In this document: in pieces, positions 27,435 to 41,064 of the stretch
Position numbering within the stretch: the stretch's first letter is position 1
Layout of the letters: each line of letters begins with the position of its first letter
NCBI GenBank assembly: GCA_964016885.1
Contig: OZ024746.1
Span: 49,538,001-49,602,000 of the forward strand
DNA: 64,000 nt
Source: Eledone cirrhosa
Taxonomy: Eukaryota
Direction of reading: 5' to 3'
Position numbers and translations under genes: made by a program
Notes under the pieces: model-generated
What the model was told of the DNA's origin: nothing
What the model saw: only the letters and a program-made list of their open reading frames with translations
Databases searched by the model: none

Positions 27435-28040
27435 CTTGATATATTTCTTTTTTCTTTTTTCTTTTTCTTTTCTTTCCTTTTTAATTTTTATTTTTTATTT
27501 TCTTAGTTTATAGATACATCTATAATAAGCAGTCTGCCCAAACCGTTGAATACTGACCTCTCCCCCCCTCCCACCTAATTTCTGTATCTTGATCTAAATG
27601 TGTGTGGCAGTGTTTATGTGAGTGAATTAATATCCATGTGCTTATGATATTATATCCACATATATATATGTGAGTGGGGGTGTGTGTGTGTTTGTATGTT
27701 CGTAGTTATGTGTATGTTTATGCATATACGCGCGCGTGTGTGTGATTGTACGGATATGTGTGAGTATGAGAATATGTGTATACACTTATTTCATATTTAT
27801 GTGTCTATACGCATCTTATCTGTGCATTATAAACTTACAGAGACATTAACCTTGAAATGTTGTATTTGCATCCATCCTTTTGGTATGCGTATACAAGTTG
27901 AGCATACATTTTTGTAAAATATGTGTAAGGGTAGTTACATGTATATACACACACCGAACTGCATAAAACCTTTTGTATTTTCATTGGTCAATTTTGTTCC
28001 CAAACGGACCTGAAATTGTTGTTATTATCAATAAATATAT

Positions 28041-28194
28041 TTCATTATTTCTGAAGACGGCGTATATATGTGTTGGTATGTATATTTAATCTTGATAGTT
28101 TGTATAATTTTGTATAATTTTGTACATAGATCTGTTGAATATGCATGCCAAGTCTAACACATATATATCCTAGAAACGATCGTTAAATAATGAA
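28041..28194 (+). ncRNA. Hammerhead ribozyme, family A (inverted copy)
   Basis: ttcattattt-ctgaaga...gaaac-gatc-gtt-aaataatgaa read directly on the plus strand. Confidence 0.88.
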
Positions 28195-28388
28195 CTTTTT
28201 TTGTTTAATATAAGGAACTGTTTCATTGTTTTATTCATTATTTGTTTAATAATTTATCTTGACTCTGTATACCGTTTATCTTTCACCGAAAGTGATTTTT
28301 CATTACATCTCTTCTTTCCATGATATCCGGAATACATTGAGTTCTTCATACGGATTGGACACTACCGTAAACTCTTGGTAGATTTATC

Positions 28389-28449
<61 letters not shown>

Positions 28450-29045
28450 ACGATGCTATTACTCCCGTTCCTATAGAGGAAATTAAACACTATTTTCGAC
28501 ATGAGTAAATCTAATGAACAAATCTCCGAGAATGTTCTAGAAGCCTCTATTTCATACTACAATAATTTTAAAGAAATATTTACTGCACAATTGGCTAAAT
28601 TCGTACTTTTGTTATATATGTGTGTTTCGTGTCATTATATATGTATAACTTCCTTCTTTATGTATCTCCTACTCACCCTCGCTCTCTAAATGTGTGTGTG
28701 TTTGGTTATCTAAGTGTCGGTGTATATAATAGAGACTGAATGCGTTGTATGTATTCATTCAAAATAGAATTCGTGCATATATCTATCTATGTATATATAT
28801 ATATATATATATTTAGAAACACACAGATACATGCGGACACACACATATATACATGAATGCATCCGCACCCAACTGTGAGTTAAGGGTGCCAACTTCACCG
28901 ATGTTGCTCAATGAATGACCGGGACAGACCAATTCAGTTGAACTAGACTGAACCAGTATCAGAGTTAAAAATACATTATGAAGAGAGAAGAAACATTTAG
29001 ATATAATTAGTAATAAAATGTATCATACCTAAACTGCTCCTAAAT

Positions 29046-29135
29046 TCCTCGACTACGTAGTTTCGTGGCATAAACAAAAACAATATATCATAAAGATATA
29101 GAGTCCCTGCGAGGTCTGCCGACTTATCAAGAGGA
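29046..29135 (-). ncRNA. Hammerhead ribozyme, U3-A8 core variant
   Basis: Reverse complement of 29653-29742. Confidence 0.75.
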
Positions 29136-29652
29136 TACCTCATTTTACTAGTCTCAAGAACGCGTCTACACGACGTGAGAAAGAATCCCAAAAGGCGGAG
29201 GGGGAGATAGTCACGCGATATAACGGTCGAGAAACAGAGCTAAGCCTCTTATAACCACGAAGAAAATACCACGGAGGCGGAGGGGGTATTCATATCGAGG
29301 CCGCAGAAGAGGTGGTGAAGAAGGCTAGAAGTATGAGTAATGGAAGCTTTCCAGTTGTCCCCACACTTCAAAGATTGCTCGACCAGAGGGAGTTATTAAC
29401 AATATATTTAGAAACACACAGATACATGCGGACACACACATATATACATGAATGCATCCGCACCCAACTTCACCACCTCTTCTGCGGCCTCGATATGAAT
29501 ACCCCCTCCGCCTCCGTGGTATTTTCTTCGTGGTTATAAGAGGCTTAGCTCTGTTTCTCGACCGTTATATCGCGTGACTATCTCCCCCTCCGCCTTTTGG
29601 GATACTTTCTCACGTCGTGTAGACGCGTTCTTGAGACTAGTAAAATGAGGTA

Positions 29653-29742
29653 TCCTCTTGATAAGTCGGCAGACCTCGCAGGGACTCTATATCTTTATGA
29701 TATATTGTTTTTGTTTATGCCACGAAACTACGTAGTCGAGGA
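29653..29742 (+). ncRNA. Hammerhead ribozyme, U3-A8 core variant
   Basis: Stem I UCCUC/GAGGA; core UUGAUAA in place of CUGAUGA; stem II GU(C)GGCA...UGCCAC; GAAAC-UACGUA-GUC with a palindromic stem III and GUC cleavage triplet. Confidence 0.78.
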
Positions 29743-29819
29743 ATTTAGGAGCAGTTTAGGTATGATACATTTTATTACTAATTATATCTAAATGTTTCTT
29801 CTCTCTTCATAATGTATTT

Positions 29820-29851
<32 letters not shown>

Positions 29852-29929
29852 GGGGGGGGGTTCGTATGTGCATATATAAATAGATAGACATATGCGTGTG
29901 GGAGTATTTACATATGTGTAATATATACA

Positions 29930-30001
<72 letters not shown>

Positions 30002-30268
30002 CTGATTAAATGATTAAATAAACCAACATTTTCTGTTTCTTCCTTTTTTCGTTCTCTTTCTGTCTATTTCATCTTTCATTTCTCTTTCTATCTCAAAATG
30101 AAGGACTAGTGTCCAAAAGTTTGAGAACCTTGTGCTACTATGTCAAGCGTTAAACTAATATATTTCTTCATTGTACTATATTGTTTGTGTTGTTGTTTCC
30201 TTTTATATATATATATAAACACATACATATATATATACATTACATATATATATGTATATATATATATA

Positions 30269-30321
<53 letters not shown>

Positions 30322-30620
30322 TGTGGTGCATATAATACTTTAGAAACGGTAATTTTCGACTAGTATGATAATTGAATCTATATGTGATTCTTCGGTTTAT
30401 TTGATAGTAAACTAATAACAGCCTAACTGGTGAGGTTTTTAAGTGAACAACAAATTATTTGGGATTTTGTTGGTGATATTTACTGAAAGAGAAAAGGTAA
30501 TTTATACCTATATACCCAGTATACCAATTTATATAGCTTAATTTGAAGCAAACAGATAACAGGTGAAATTTTGTGTAATTAGTAAGGCTTCTTAGCTGAT
30601 TCTGGTATGTGAGAGATTCC

Positions 30621-30657
30621 ATTTTCGGGGGAGGTAGGACATACTTTTTGTATCATG

Positions 30658-30688
<31 letters not shown>

Positions 30689-30741
30689 TTATATATTAAA
30701 AGAACATGATACAAAAAGTATGTCCTACCTCCCCCGAAAAT
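30621..30741. repeat. 38-bp perfect inverted repeat around a (TA)n spacer
   Basis: attttcgggggaggtaggacatactttttgtatcatgt (30621-30658) vs its reverse complement (30704-30741). Confidence 0.9.
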
Positions 30742-31058
30742 ATATATATATATATAACATCTTAAATGTCTATAAGTACATGTATGTATGTATTATGCAT
30801 GTATGTATAAGTGTGTGTATGTATATATGTATGGGTGAATGAATGGCTGCATGTATGGGTGAATTTGTAGATGGTTTGGTGGGTGGGAGAGTGGTAGAGT
30901 GGACAGATATATGCGTTGACGAATGCAAGGACGAATAAACATCTCAGTAGCATGAATCTCGAATAGCAAGAAAAGATTTGTTTCATTAAAACACGTATTC
31001 TAAAGCATGTATTGAGATTCCGTCCTCTATTCATTCACAAAAATGCAATATATATATA

Positions 31059-31129
<71 letters not shown>

Positions 31130-31567
31130 ATATATATATATACATATATATATATGTTAATTTATTCGGTCCTCAATGTTTACCAACGGTAAAAAAATAC
31201 AGATATAATATAGACACAAAAACATATATATAGTCTAACAAAGTTCTTTCGTTGCACATCTGCAACATCGTCAGTGATGCTATTATGTTCCTCCTGTTGT
31301 ATTGTATATCTACGCCAACTTTATTTAATCTGTTTATTTATTTATTTATTTAGTTTTGTCTTCTTCTCTGTGCATGCGTTTGCGCGTGTGTATAGTGTTT
31401 GGTGTGTGTTCGCGTTTGGGTGACTGTGTTTTGGTTATTGTATTCTATCTTAGTTTACTAACGTGTGTTTATATGTGTTTGTTGTTATTGTGCTTGTGTA
31501 TATATTTATTTATTTATTTATATTTCTCTTAGGTCAGTATTGGTTGTTTGGGTGTTGTTGTTATTCT

Positions 31568-31910
31568 ATTCATTTTTTCTGTTTAGCTTTGGCCTTCTAA
31601 GTTCTATTTTACTTGGCTCTCTGATATGCCTATCTGCTGGGTCATTTCTATGTTTAGATATTTTAATTTCTATGTTGTCTATGTTACCGTCATTTTGTTG
31701 TCTGGCTTGTTCGTATAGTATTGAACCGTGTTTTAGTCCTTTTAGTTCCCCCCAGTGTTGTTCTATCCTTTCACCTATGCTACGAGCTGTCTCGCCTATG
31801 TATGTTGTTGTAATGTTTCTGCTAGTACCCTCTGTACATCTTATTTCTAGTTTTACAGTTTATCCAGGGGTTTACTTTACATATAATATATTTCCTGTAC
31901 AGTGGGTTTT
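31568..31910 (-). pseudogene. GIY-YIG endonuclease remnant of a different (non-Hydra-like) PLE
   Basis: Manual translation: TTTYIGETARSIGERIEQH...DPADRHIREPSKIELRRPKLNRKNE*. A degenerate CUGACGA...GAAA hairpin lies downstream at ~31240-31280. Confidence 0.7.
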
Positions 31911-32139
31911 CTTATATATATATACAGTGGTAAAAACCGGGATGTTAAATCCGTATTTCGGGCACTTAGTCCAGAGGACGAGTTCGTTATAGAATCCAAT
32001 CAGCTCATATACACTTCAGGTATGCAGGTATGGATGTTAATGTGTGTGTGGATGTGGATGTTTTGAGTTGTATGTGTACATGCGCATATGCTTTGTATCT
32101 GTACATGTGTATATGTAGTTATTAGATGCAGAAATTCTT

Positions 32140-32332
32140 GGAATGTTTTATATATTTTTTACTGTTCCATCAATGGATTGTACTTGTAAATTCATAGCTA
32201 GCCGTGTCTGTTCTCTTTCTGTGAAGCCCAGCTTCTCGGATTTTGTACGGAGGCAGTTACTAACATATCCCAGTGCCCCAATAATCACAGGTATAAATCT
32301 GAAGGTATAGTCAGGTTAGAGTAGTTGCAAGT
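32140..32332 (-). pseudogene. C-terminal restriction-like endonuclease fragment of an R4/Dong-type non-LTR element
   Basis: Manual translation LQLL*PDYTFRFIPVIIGALGYV...KLGF; PVIIGALG is typical of this group. Confidence 0.6.
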
Positions 32333-32975
32333 GGAGTATGCAGACATATCTACCTAGTTGATGTTGTTTAAATTCCAATGAGAGAGTCTTGCGTCTATCT
32401 TAGGAACTGACTCTCTCTCTCTATTGGAAGAACATACATACATATCTGGGACGTGCTTCTGACTGTTTTGGTTTATCGAGGTACTGGTCAGGACACTTAT
32501 CGAGGTACTGGTAAAGGACACTTGACTATTTGAATCTCTATGGGTGATATTTGAACTTAACTATAGAGCCATTCATGCAAACAAGAGAACTATCAATATA
32601 TATTTGAATTTATTAACTCTGACATCCAGTAAATCCAATAAATATCCACGTCACTGTTAATAACAGAAATAATATGAAATTTGATAGATATACACACATA
32701 CACATAATATATATTTATATACAAATATATAATATGTTGTAATACTAGAAATATTTCAAAGAATATATGTAATTCTCATATGTATCGGGGGAAAATTCAT
32801 TGGAAAACGTGTAAAATAAGTCTTCTGTCAACAACTGACACTTTAAGATGGTTGTTCAAAAATATTTATACTGAAATATATATATATATATGTATATATG
32901 TATATACATATGTTTCTGTGTGTGTGTGCGCGCGCATGTATGTGTGTCTGTATTCATATAGATGTATATGAATAC

Positions 32976-33098
<123 letters not shown>

Positions 33099-33280
33099 AA
33101 TTGAAATAAAAACATCTCGATATCTTGATTTATATATATTTATATTTGAATTCTGTCTGAAACGCCGAACCATCCTCCATTTCCTCCAAGCGTGAACCTA
33201 ATATATCTGTGTATTTTTGCATCCCTGTCTTTGTTTTTTTCTCCTTTATTAACTACGCACACACACGCACACACACACAC

Positions 33281-33382
<102 letters not shown>

Positions 33383-33619
33383 CATAATTGGTAAATACAT
33401 AATTCGGTAGAAGTATATAAACAGCAAAGAATGATAAAACAAACAAAACACAGTAATATTTTTATCAAGTATATTTCAATATAATTTTTCAGGGTCACAT
33501 CCCCTTTTTAAATGCAAAACAAAAACTAATAATGTGTTCTTCCATAACAGGTTCAAGTGTATGGATTTCGCATACGTGGAGCAGTCAAAGAAACCACTTT
33601 GCTCCTGATATATTGGTTT

Positions 33620-33935
33620 TTTTCTGTTGTTCTGATATATTGTTTAATTGTGGCTTCTGTGTGTTTAGGATTAAAGCGTCTTTATTCTTAAATTCTCCAC
33701 ATTCCTTTCCGCCGTTTCTATGGTGACTTCAATGTCTAGGTTGCTCATTTGTCAAAGTTTTATTGGGGGGGGGGGGTACTGCTGAAGTTCTCGTTGTCCT
33801 GTGTTCCTTGATCCTTATGTGCAGACGACCGTTTCTGTCTGATGACAATCCATCGATAGATATGGCCTGAACTACTCTACAAACCCCGACCTGCATACAA
33901 CGATAAATGTATATTGTCTAAATGCCCCATCAACG
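33620..33935 (-). pseudogene. Highly degenerate GIY-YIG remnant
   Basis: Fragments GRLHIRIKEHRTTRTSAV and ALILNTQKPQLN, with frameshifts. Confidence 0.45.
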
Positions 33936-33939
33936 ACGC

Positions 33940-33981
<42 letters not shown>

Positions 33982-33986
<5 letters not shown>

Positions 33987-36215
33987 AAGAATGAAGAGTA
34001 ACATGGTTGGCTGCACAACAAGGGGCTTTATTTCAGGTATTGACAATTGTTTCATGATCAGGTGAGTCTAGAGGTCGCTAATCGCTTGATGTTGTGTCAC
34101 TCGAGGCAAGATATATATAGAAGAGTAGCGCATAATCAAAAGAATAACATCAATAATAAAATATATGTGGTAAATAGGTAGAGAAGTTACAGATGTAAAG
34201 AGTAAAAAGTAAAAGCTAAGAAAAGATACATTAAAAAAGTAAGAAAATAAGAAAATGGAAAATATAAAGAAAGAAATAAGGATAAGTGAGAGCATGTAAG
34301 TACAGAGTATGCTTGTGGTGGTGGTGAGTAAGTGTTCTTATAAGGATTCTTTGGTGGGTTTAGTGCTAACATGGAAAGTCAAATTCGAAACATACATAGA
34401 TACGTGTAGAGAGTCTGATGTAGCGACAGATAAAAGAAAAAAGAAAAAGCAATAAATTAGAGATTAATTGGGGGATACAAGTATGAGATTTAAGGGCTAG
34501 GGGTGGTTGGTGAAGGGAGGTTTGACAAACGTGTGTGGTAAATGTTATGCTGTTTCAGGGAAAGAGGGTGAAAGAGATGTTCAGAGATTTATGATCTAGT
34601 GACCAGTTGGCCGTTTGACAGTTAATAGTAGTGTGATGGTGTGTATTCCATATGCTAAAATCCACGTGGTTCATTTCTAATTTTGGGATTGCTGGTTCGA
34701 ATCACGGTGGTTTGAAGTTTGTGAATCTGGTAGCTATGTTATGCCTACAGAAAATTGATCTTTCTATTTTGCTGTTAAGCAGCATCTTATTGTACCTTAA
34801 AATATGGTGTAGTTCTAAATTACAAAGTCCGCAGTGGGACATTCCGTTGCTGTAGTCCCTTGCTACCGATAATATTGACAAGCTAATCTTATATTCTTGG
34901 TTTGTGTTTTTAAACTGCCATATTTTATTGGCGAGCGTCGTAGAGTTCTCCAGTCTACGGTTCTTCATGGAGTGTCTGTGGACGTACCACCTTTTCTTGA
35001 ACTCCCCAGACGTGGAACCTATGTAGTGCCAAGTAGAGTTGCCTGAATTTACATTACACAGGTACACCATACTCGAATCCAGGCATCTATTTTGTAGTGG
35101 GCACTTACCGGGTAGGTGGCAATTACAATTTGATGTTTTTCTGCGTGAGGTTCTTCGTTGCGGTTTTGTAAGTTGTTGTGGGTGGGTTGCGATTTAGGAC
35201 TATTAGTGTTCTGTTGTGATGCGCTCTGATGTGTTTGTGGTTGTTATGTCGTTATGTGTTTGCGTTTTGTATTTGGTGCTATGGTGTTTGTTGGTAGGTT
35301 AATTTCTTTAGAGATATTTTTGTGGTTGATTTTACGTATGTGTGATTATATGTTGGCTGCAGTAGAGTAAGATAGTTTTATAGTTTTTCTATTAAAGATT
35401 CTATGGTATTTGCGTAGTTTAGGGAAGGTTGTTTAGTTTTTATAGAGGAGTTGAATATTGGATTGAACCATAGGTATTTTCTATCTCTGGATCTTCTATA
35501 GTTTTTTGGGGTCCTTATATTAGTGTTCGGTTCAGTAATGTTTCCTGCTCGTTGTCTAATTCCATTCTTAGTCCTATGCTTGTTACTTCTATAGGTGCGG
35601 GTAGTGTAGTTGTCGTTAGGTTTGTTGCTGCTGTCTCTATCTAGTATGTATTCCAGCTTCTCCTTATGTCCAGCCTTATGTAAAGCTATGTTATAATAGT
35701 TTGCGTGTTCATTAAAAATTTATAGGTTCGAAGATAGGCGGGATATTCTGAGGGATATACTATGTGCTATGGAGTTAATTATGGATCGGGGGTGGTTTCA
35801 GTTATAACTAATGTAGGCTAGATTCTCGTTATTCTTATGGAAGGGCTCTATTAATCCTGTGTTTAGGTTGAGTGTTACATCTAAGAAATTTGCTTTTTTA
35901 GAGTTAAGTTCGAAAGTGATACCTAGGCCTAGTTTGTTGAAGAAGACTGATGTTTTTTTGTAATTTTTCCATGTTTTGATTATTTAAGTTTTTGGCTAAA
36001 AGGAGTGTGTCGTCTCTGTAAATTCCTCCCTGGAGGTTATTGAATTCCTTATGTAAGTTGTGTGCTATATATATTCCCACCAAGTCCGTTACCTGCGCTG
36101 AGTCGTTAGATCCCATTGTGATATCGAAGCTATTCTGTCTGTCTGTTCGTTCCCAGTAACTATTTTCGAATCTAATGATAGCAGCTAGTATTATTTTAAT
36201 TTTGTCCGAGGTAAG
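33982..36215 (-). mobile_element. 5'-truncated, degenerate Hydra-like PLE (family B)
   Basis: SFDITMGSNDSAQVTDLVG...GGIYRDD (~35950-36130); cysteine linker near 35080-35130; EN MVYLC...YIGSTS...CGLC...FCRH (34702-35070). The 3' half of a hammerhead (GAAAC-AATT-GTC, ~34042-34053) precedes (TA)n. Confidence 0.85.
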
Positions 36216-36594
36216 GGTGATAGTGGTGGTGGTGATAGCGGTGCGATGTGGCGGTAATGGTTTGATGGCGAGTGTGATAGAGCGATGAGACTCGTGGTAT
36301 TGGCGTGATAGTGTTTATAGTGATCCAATCATGGTAGTAGGTGGTGATGACAGTAGATAGTGTTTTGGCGGTGGTGCTTGTAGTGGTGGCAGTGTTGGTA
36401 GTGGTGGTGTTAGTGATAGTGGTGGTGATGGTCTGGTGGAAGATTGGCGATGTGATGGAAAGAAGAAGAAGACGAAGATTATTGAGCATCTCCAGTCTGA
36501 CGGAACCCTTACCTCACTAGTTTGGAGCACAAACAATTTCTTCCAGAGCAACAAATAGAAAATGATGAAGAGACGTAGAAGAGGAATTAATCCC

Positions 36595-36745
36595 AGCTCT
36601 GATTAGTACTTTGTTTATCGACCTCGAAAGGATGAATTGTAAAGTTGACTTTGACAAGATTTGAATTCAGAGTGAAGTCTGCCGGTACAAATATCCAGAC
36701 ACTTTTAATCTGATACCCTAACGTCATTGCTAAATCTCCGCTTTA
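36595..36745 (-). mobile_element. Degenerate tRNA-type SINE
   Basis: gtactttgtttatcgacctcgaaaggatgaattgtaaagttgac...atttgaattcag is the reverse complement of the SINE core at 37920 and 50321. Confidence 0.65.
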
Positions 36746-37083
36746 GCAGGGCTTCTTAGCAAAAAATAAATCCCATTCTCTTCTGTCTCGTTTTTCTCAA
36801 TGGTCCTGCAAATATCAATTGTTCCGTCTCTCCTTCTTTGACTAAACGAAAGAAATCCTCTACTCTTTCAAAAAATAATTGCCAAAAGTATACAAACTAG
36901 AATCGGAGACGGATAGAAAATACCGCTTAGACACTTAATAAAGTATTCGGTAGTTTTTGACATTTACAGATTAGTTTGAGAATAAATCTTGATCGCAATT
37001 GCCTGCATTTCCATTTTCAAGATATGTAACGTTTCGTTTTATCCATTGAGAAATATTAAGTGTGGTGGGCTATTGTGTGTTGC

Positions 37084-37209
<126 letters not shown>

Positions 37210-37345
37210 TGTGAGAAAAACCACAGACCGTCCATCTCAGCGCTACTTTTGAAAAGCAGAAGAACTGCGAAACCGGTAAAGGAACCAAATAAATATATAT
37301 ATATTTTTTTAAATAAGACTCCAGTTGCATTTTCGATTTCATCTT

Positions 37346-37424
<79 letters not shown>

Positions 37425-37690
37425 CTTATTTACGTTACATGAGTTCTATTCATCCTCTTTTAAATTTCTTCTCTCTATTTCATAATATTATTTTTTTCTC
37501 TCTCTCTTTCTTCCCTAACTTTCCCCAGCGTCATTTAAATAAACGGGTGTTTTTTCAATTATTTACACATTCATTTGCATATTCACACATAACTTTGAAT
37601 AATCCCTAATATGTTTCCACTATCCAGTGAATTTCCGACCGATAAGATATGATTTTCATGGGTACGTCTTTATTTATAAAACAAACTTTG

Positions 37691-37755
37691 TATTTTATCT
37701 GATGAAAGGGTACCAAGGCTGGCTTGGTTGCCCTTGAAATATATATAATAAAATA
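37691..37755 (+). ncRNA. Minimal type I hammerhead ribozyme
   Basis: UAUUUUAU-CUGAUGA-AAGGG.ACCAAG...CUUGGU..CCCUU-GAAAU-AUAU-AUA-AUAAAAUA. Confidence 0.85.
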
Positions 37756-37919
37756 AATATGGTTTTATAAATATAGTTTCCATTTATTTAATATCATGGT
37801 ATATATATATATTTATTAAAATAACAGATTGCTCTACGGCTCTTATATATTTGATATATATTTATCCTCATCGAGCCCTCTTTGGATTTTAGTCTTCAAA
37901 TTTATTATTATTATTATAT

Positions 37920-38095
37920 TGGCAGTATCGGTAGAGGGTCGGACGCCATGCTTTCCAGCATAGTTACGTCCCTTTACGATCTGAGTTCAAATCCCGCCGA
38001 GGTTGACTTTGCCTTTCATCCTTACGGGGTCGATAAAATAAAGTACCAGTAATGCACTGGATAATTGCTGGCCTTGTGCCTAAAGTAGAAACAAT
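37920..38095 (+). mobile_element. tRNA-derived SINE
   Basis: A-box-like tggcagtatcgg and B-box gagttcaaatcc; core gactttgcctttcatccttacggggtcgataaaataaagtaccag. Near-identical to 50321-50495. Confidence 0.85.
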
Positions 38096-38138
38096 TATTA
38101 TATATATATATAGATATAGTCTTCAAATTTATTATTAT

Positions 38139-38187
<49 letters not shown>

Positions 38188-38360
38188 TAGATATAGATAT
38201 AATAATAATAATAAATTTGAAGACTAAAATCCAAAGAGGGCTCAATAAGGATAAATATATATCAAATATATAAGAGCCGTAGAGCAATCTGTTATTTTAA
38301 TAAATATATATATATACCATGATATTAAATAAATGGAAACTATATTTATAAAACCATATT

Positions 38361-38416
38361 TATTTTATTATATATATTTCAAGGGCAACCTTGGTACCCT
38401 TTCATCAGATAAAATA
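38361..38416 (-). ncRNA. Minimal hammerhead ribozyme (copy with shortened stem II)
   Basis: Reverse complement of 37691-37755 with a 9-nt deletion in stem II. Confidence 0.75.
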
Positions 38417-39689
38417 CAAAGTTTGTTTTATAAATAAAGACGTACCCATGAAAATCATATCTTATCGGTCGGAAATTCACTGGATAGTGGAAACATATTA
38501 GGGATTATTCAAAGTTATGTGTTAATATGCAAATGAATGTGTAAATAATTGAAAAAACACCCGTTTATTTAAATGACGCTGGGGAAAGATAGGAAAGAAA
38601 GAGAAAGAGAAAAAAATATTAATATTATGAGATAGATAGAGAGAAGAAATTCACAAGAGGATGAATAGAACTCATGTAACGTAAATAAGTTTTAAGTTTA
38701 TAGCTACTAATGGTACGTATATTTACTATTATTTTATTGTTAGAAATTTGTTCTAATATAATATAATATTTAAGTAGATAGACAAAATAGATATATATAG
38801 AAAAATATATATAAAAAATTAAATAGAAAAATATATTGAAAAATAAAAATAGAAAAATAAATAAATAGAAGAATCAATTGATAGAAAAATAGATAGATAG
38901 AAAAATAGATATATGAATGGATAGATGGGTATATCTTGTTATAGATAATTGTTTTAATGAATTATGAGGGATATTGGTTTATATTTAGTGTAAGTAATTA
39001 AGTTAACTGAGTTAATAAGAATATTTATATATTTTAAATGTTTTAAATTGGGAAGATACGGAAAAGACCACCAGTTTTGTTTGTTTATTAGTTAGTATGA
39101 GACCATTTTTTCAATATAAATGTTGAAAGATATATTTAGCCTGAATTAGTTATTGGTTATAAATGTAATAAAAGATATTTAAACAATTATTAAAAGTTCT
39201 GGAATTTTTTTTAAAATATTAAAAAAATATTTTTAAAATCCTTAAAAAATTTTTTTTTTAATTTTTTTAATTATTAAAACATATTTTAGATTTTTTTAAA
39301 AATAAGTAATTTTTTAAAAATAAGTAATTTTTAAAATATATGAAATATTTTAGAAGTAAAAAATAAAAAATAAAAAATAAAATATAAAAAATAAAAAATG
39401 AAAAATGAAAGATTTAAGAAGTAAAAAATAAAAATAAAATATAAAGAATTAAAATACCTTAAAAAATATTAAAATTAAAATTAAAATTAAAAATTAAAAT
39501 TTACAAATTTAGGATCATATATGTATATAATTTAAGAAAATTTAATAAGTGAAATTATAAGAAGTGAAATTATAGCAAACAATATATGGAAATAAGTAGA
39601 CATATTATAAGTGTAATTATCATCTATATATAGTTCTAAACGTTGAATTTAGATGATGTTTATAAGACCTAAATAAATTCATACGTATA

Positions 39690-40783
<1,094 letters not shown>

Positions 40784-40976
40784 TGAAAGATGTAAAACAG
40801 TTGGAGTGAAAATTTTAGTAAGTAAGTTGATTTTTAATTTTTAAAATTTTCTTATTTTACGTCTTTCATATAATTGTTCTGCATCCTCCTGCATTGAACT
40901 ACCTAGGTACTATGACATAACTTATGTATTTGCTAGCATTAGTGTACATCTGTACGCATATGTTGGTAAATATACT

Positions 40977-41064
<88 letters not shown>

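Larger units (their letters stand above)
28807..29821. mobile_element. Non-coding hammerhead-bearing mini-element: ~1.1 copies of a 595-bp unit on minus (29469->28807) fused to an inverted partial copy (29468-29821)
   Basis: 68-bp direct repeat 28807-28874 = 29402-29469; ~350-bp inverted repeat ~28968-29320 vs 29468-29820; both outer ends abut (TA)n. Confidence 0.8.
37421..38690. repeat. ~500-bp inverted repeat of a PLE-type 3' end (arms ~37421-37918 and ~38198-38690, 3' ends facing inward)
   Basis: Arms are reverse complements and each holds a hammerhead. The spacer holds a SINE and (TA)/(GA) runs. Confidence 0.85.

Noticed and set aside
28997-29791. Paired 64-aa ORFs (28997-29191 and 29597-29791)
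   Set aside because: Mirror images from the inverted repeat, non-ATG starts, overlapping the hammerhead, no protein motif.
30092-30125. Hammerhead-like ctcaaa-atgaaggactagtgtcc-aaaagtttgag
   Set aside because: Core lacks CUGA and GAAA and has no stem III; at best a decayed remnant.
31235-31280. Minus-strand CUGACGA-hairpin-GAAA downstream of a GIY-YIG remnant
   Set aside because: Stem II and core are fine but stem I and the cleavage triplet cannot be formed, so it is not called as a ribozyme.
33822-33870. ctgatga next to gacgaccgtttc
   Set aside because: The two core halves lie on opposite strands and no consistent hammerhead fold exists.
36196-36554. Thr/His-rich ORFs
   Set aside because: Degenerate (GTG/GAT)n trinucleotide low-complexity sequence.
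37920-38095. Possible tRNA genes (A/B boxes here and at 50321, 57564)
   Set aside because: No cloverleaf; dispersed copies share a non-tRNA core and AT-rich tail, so they are SINEs.
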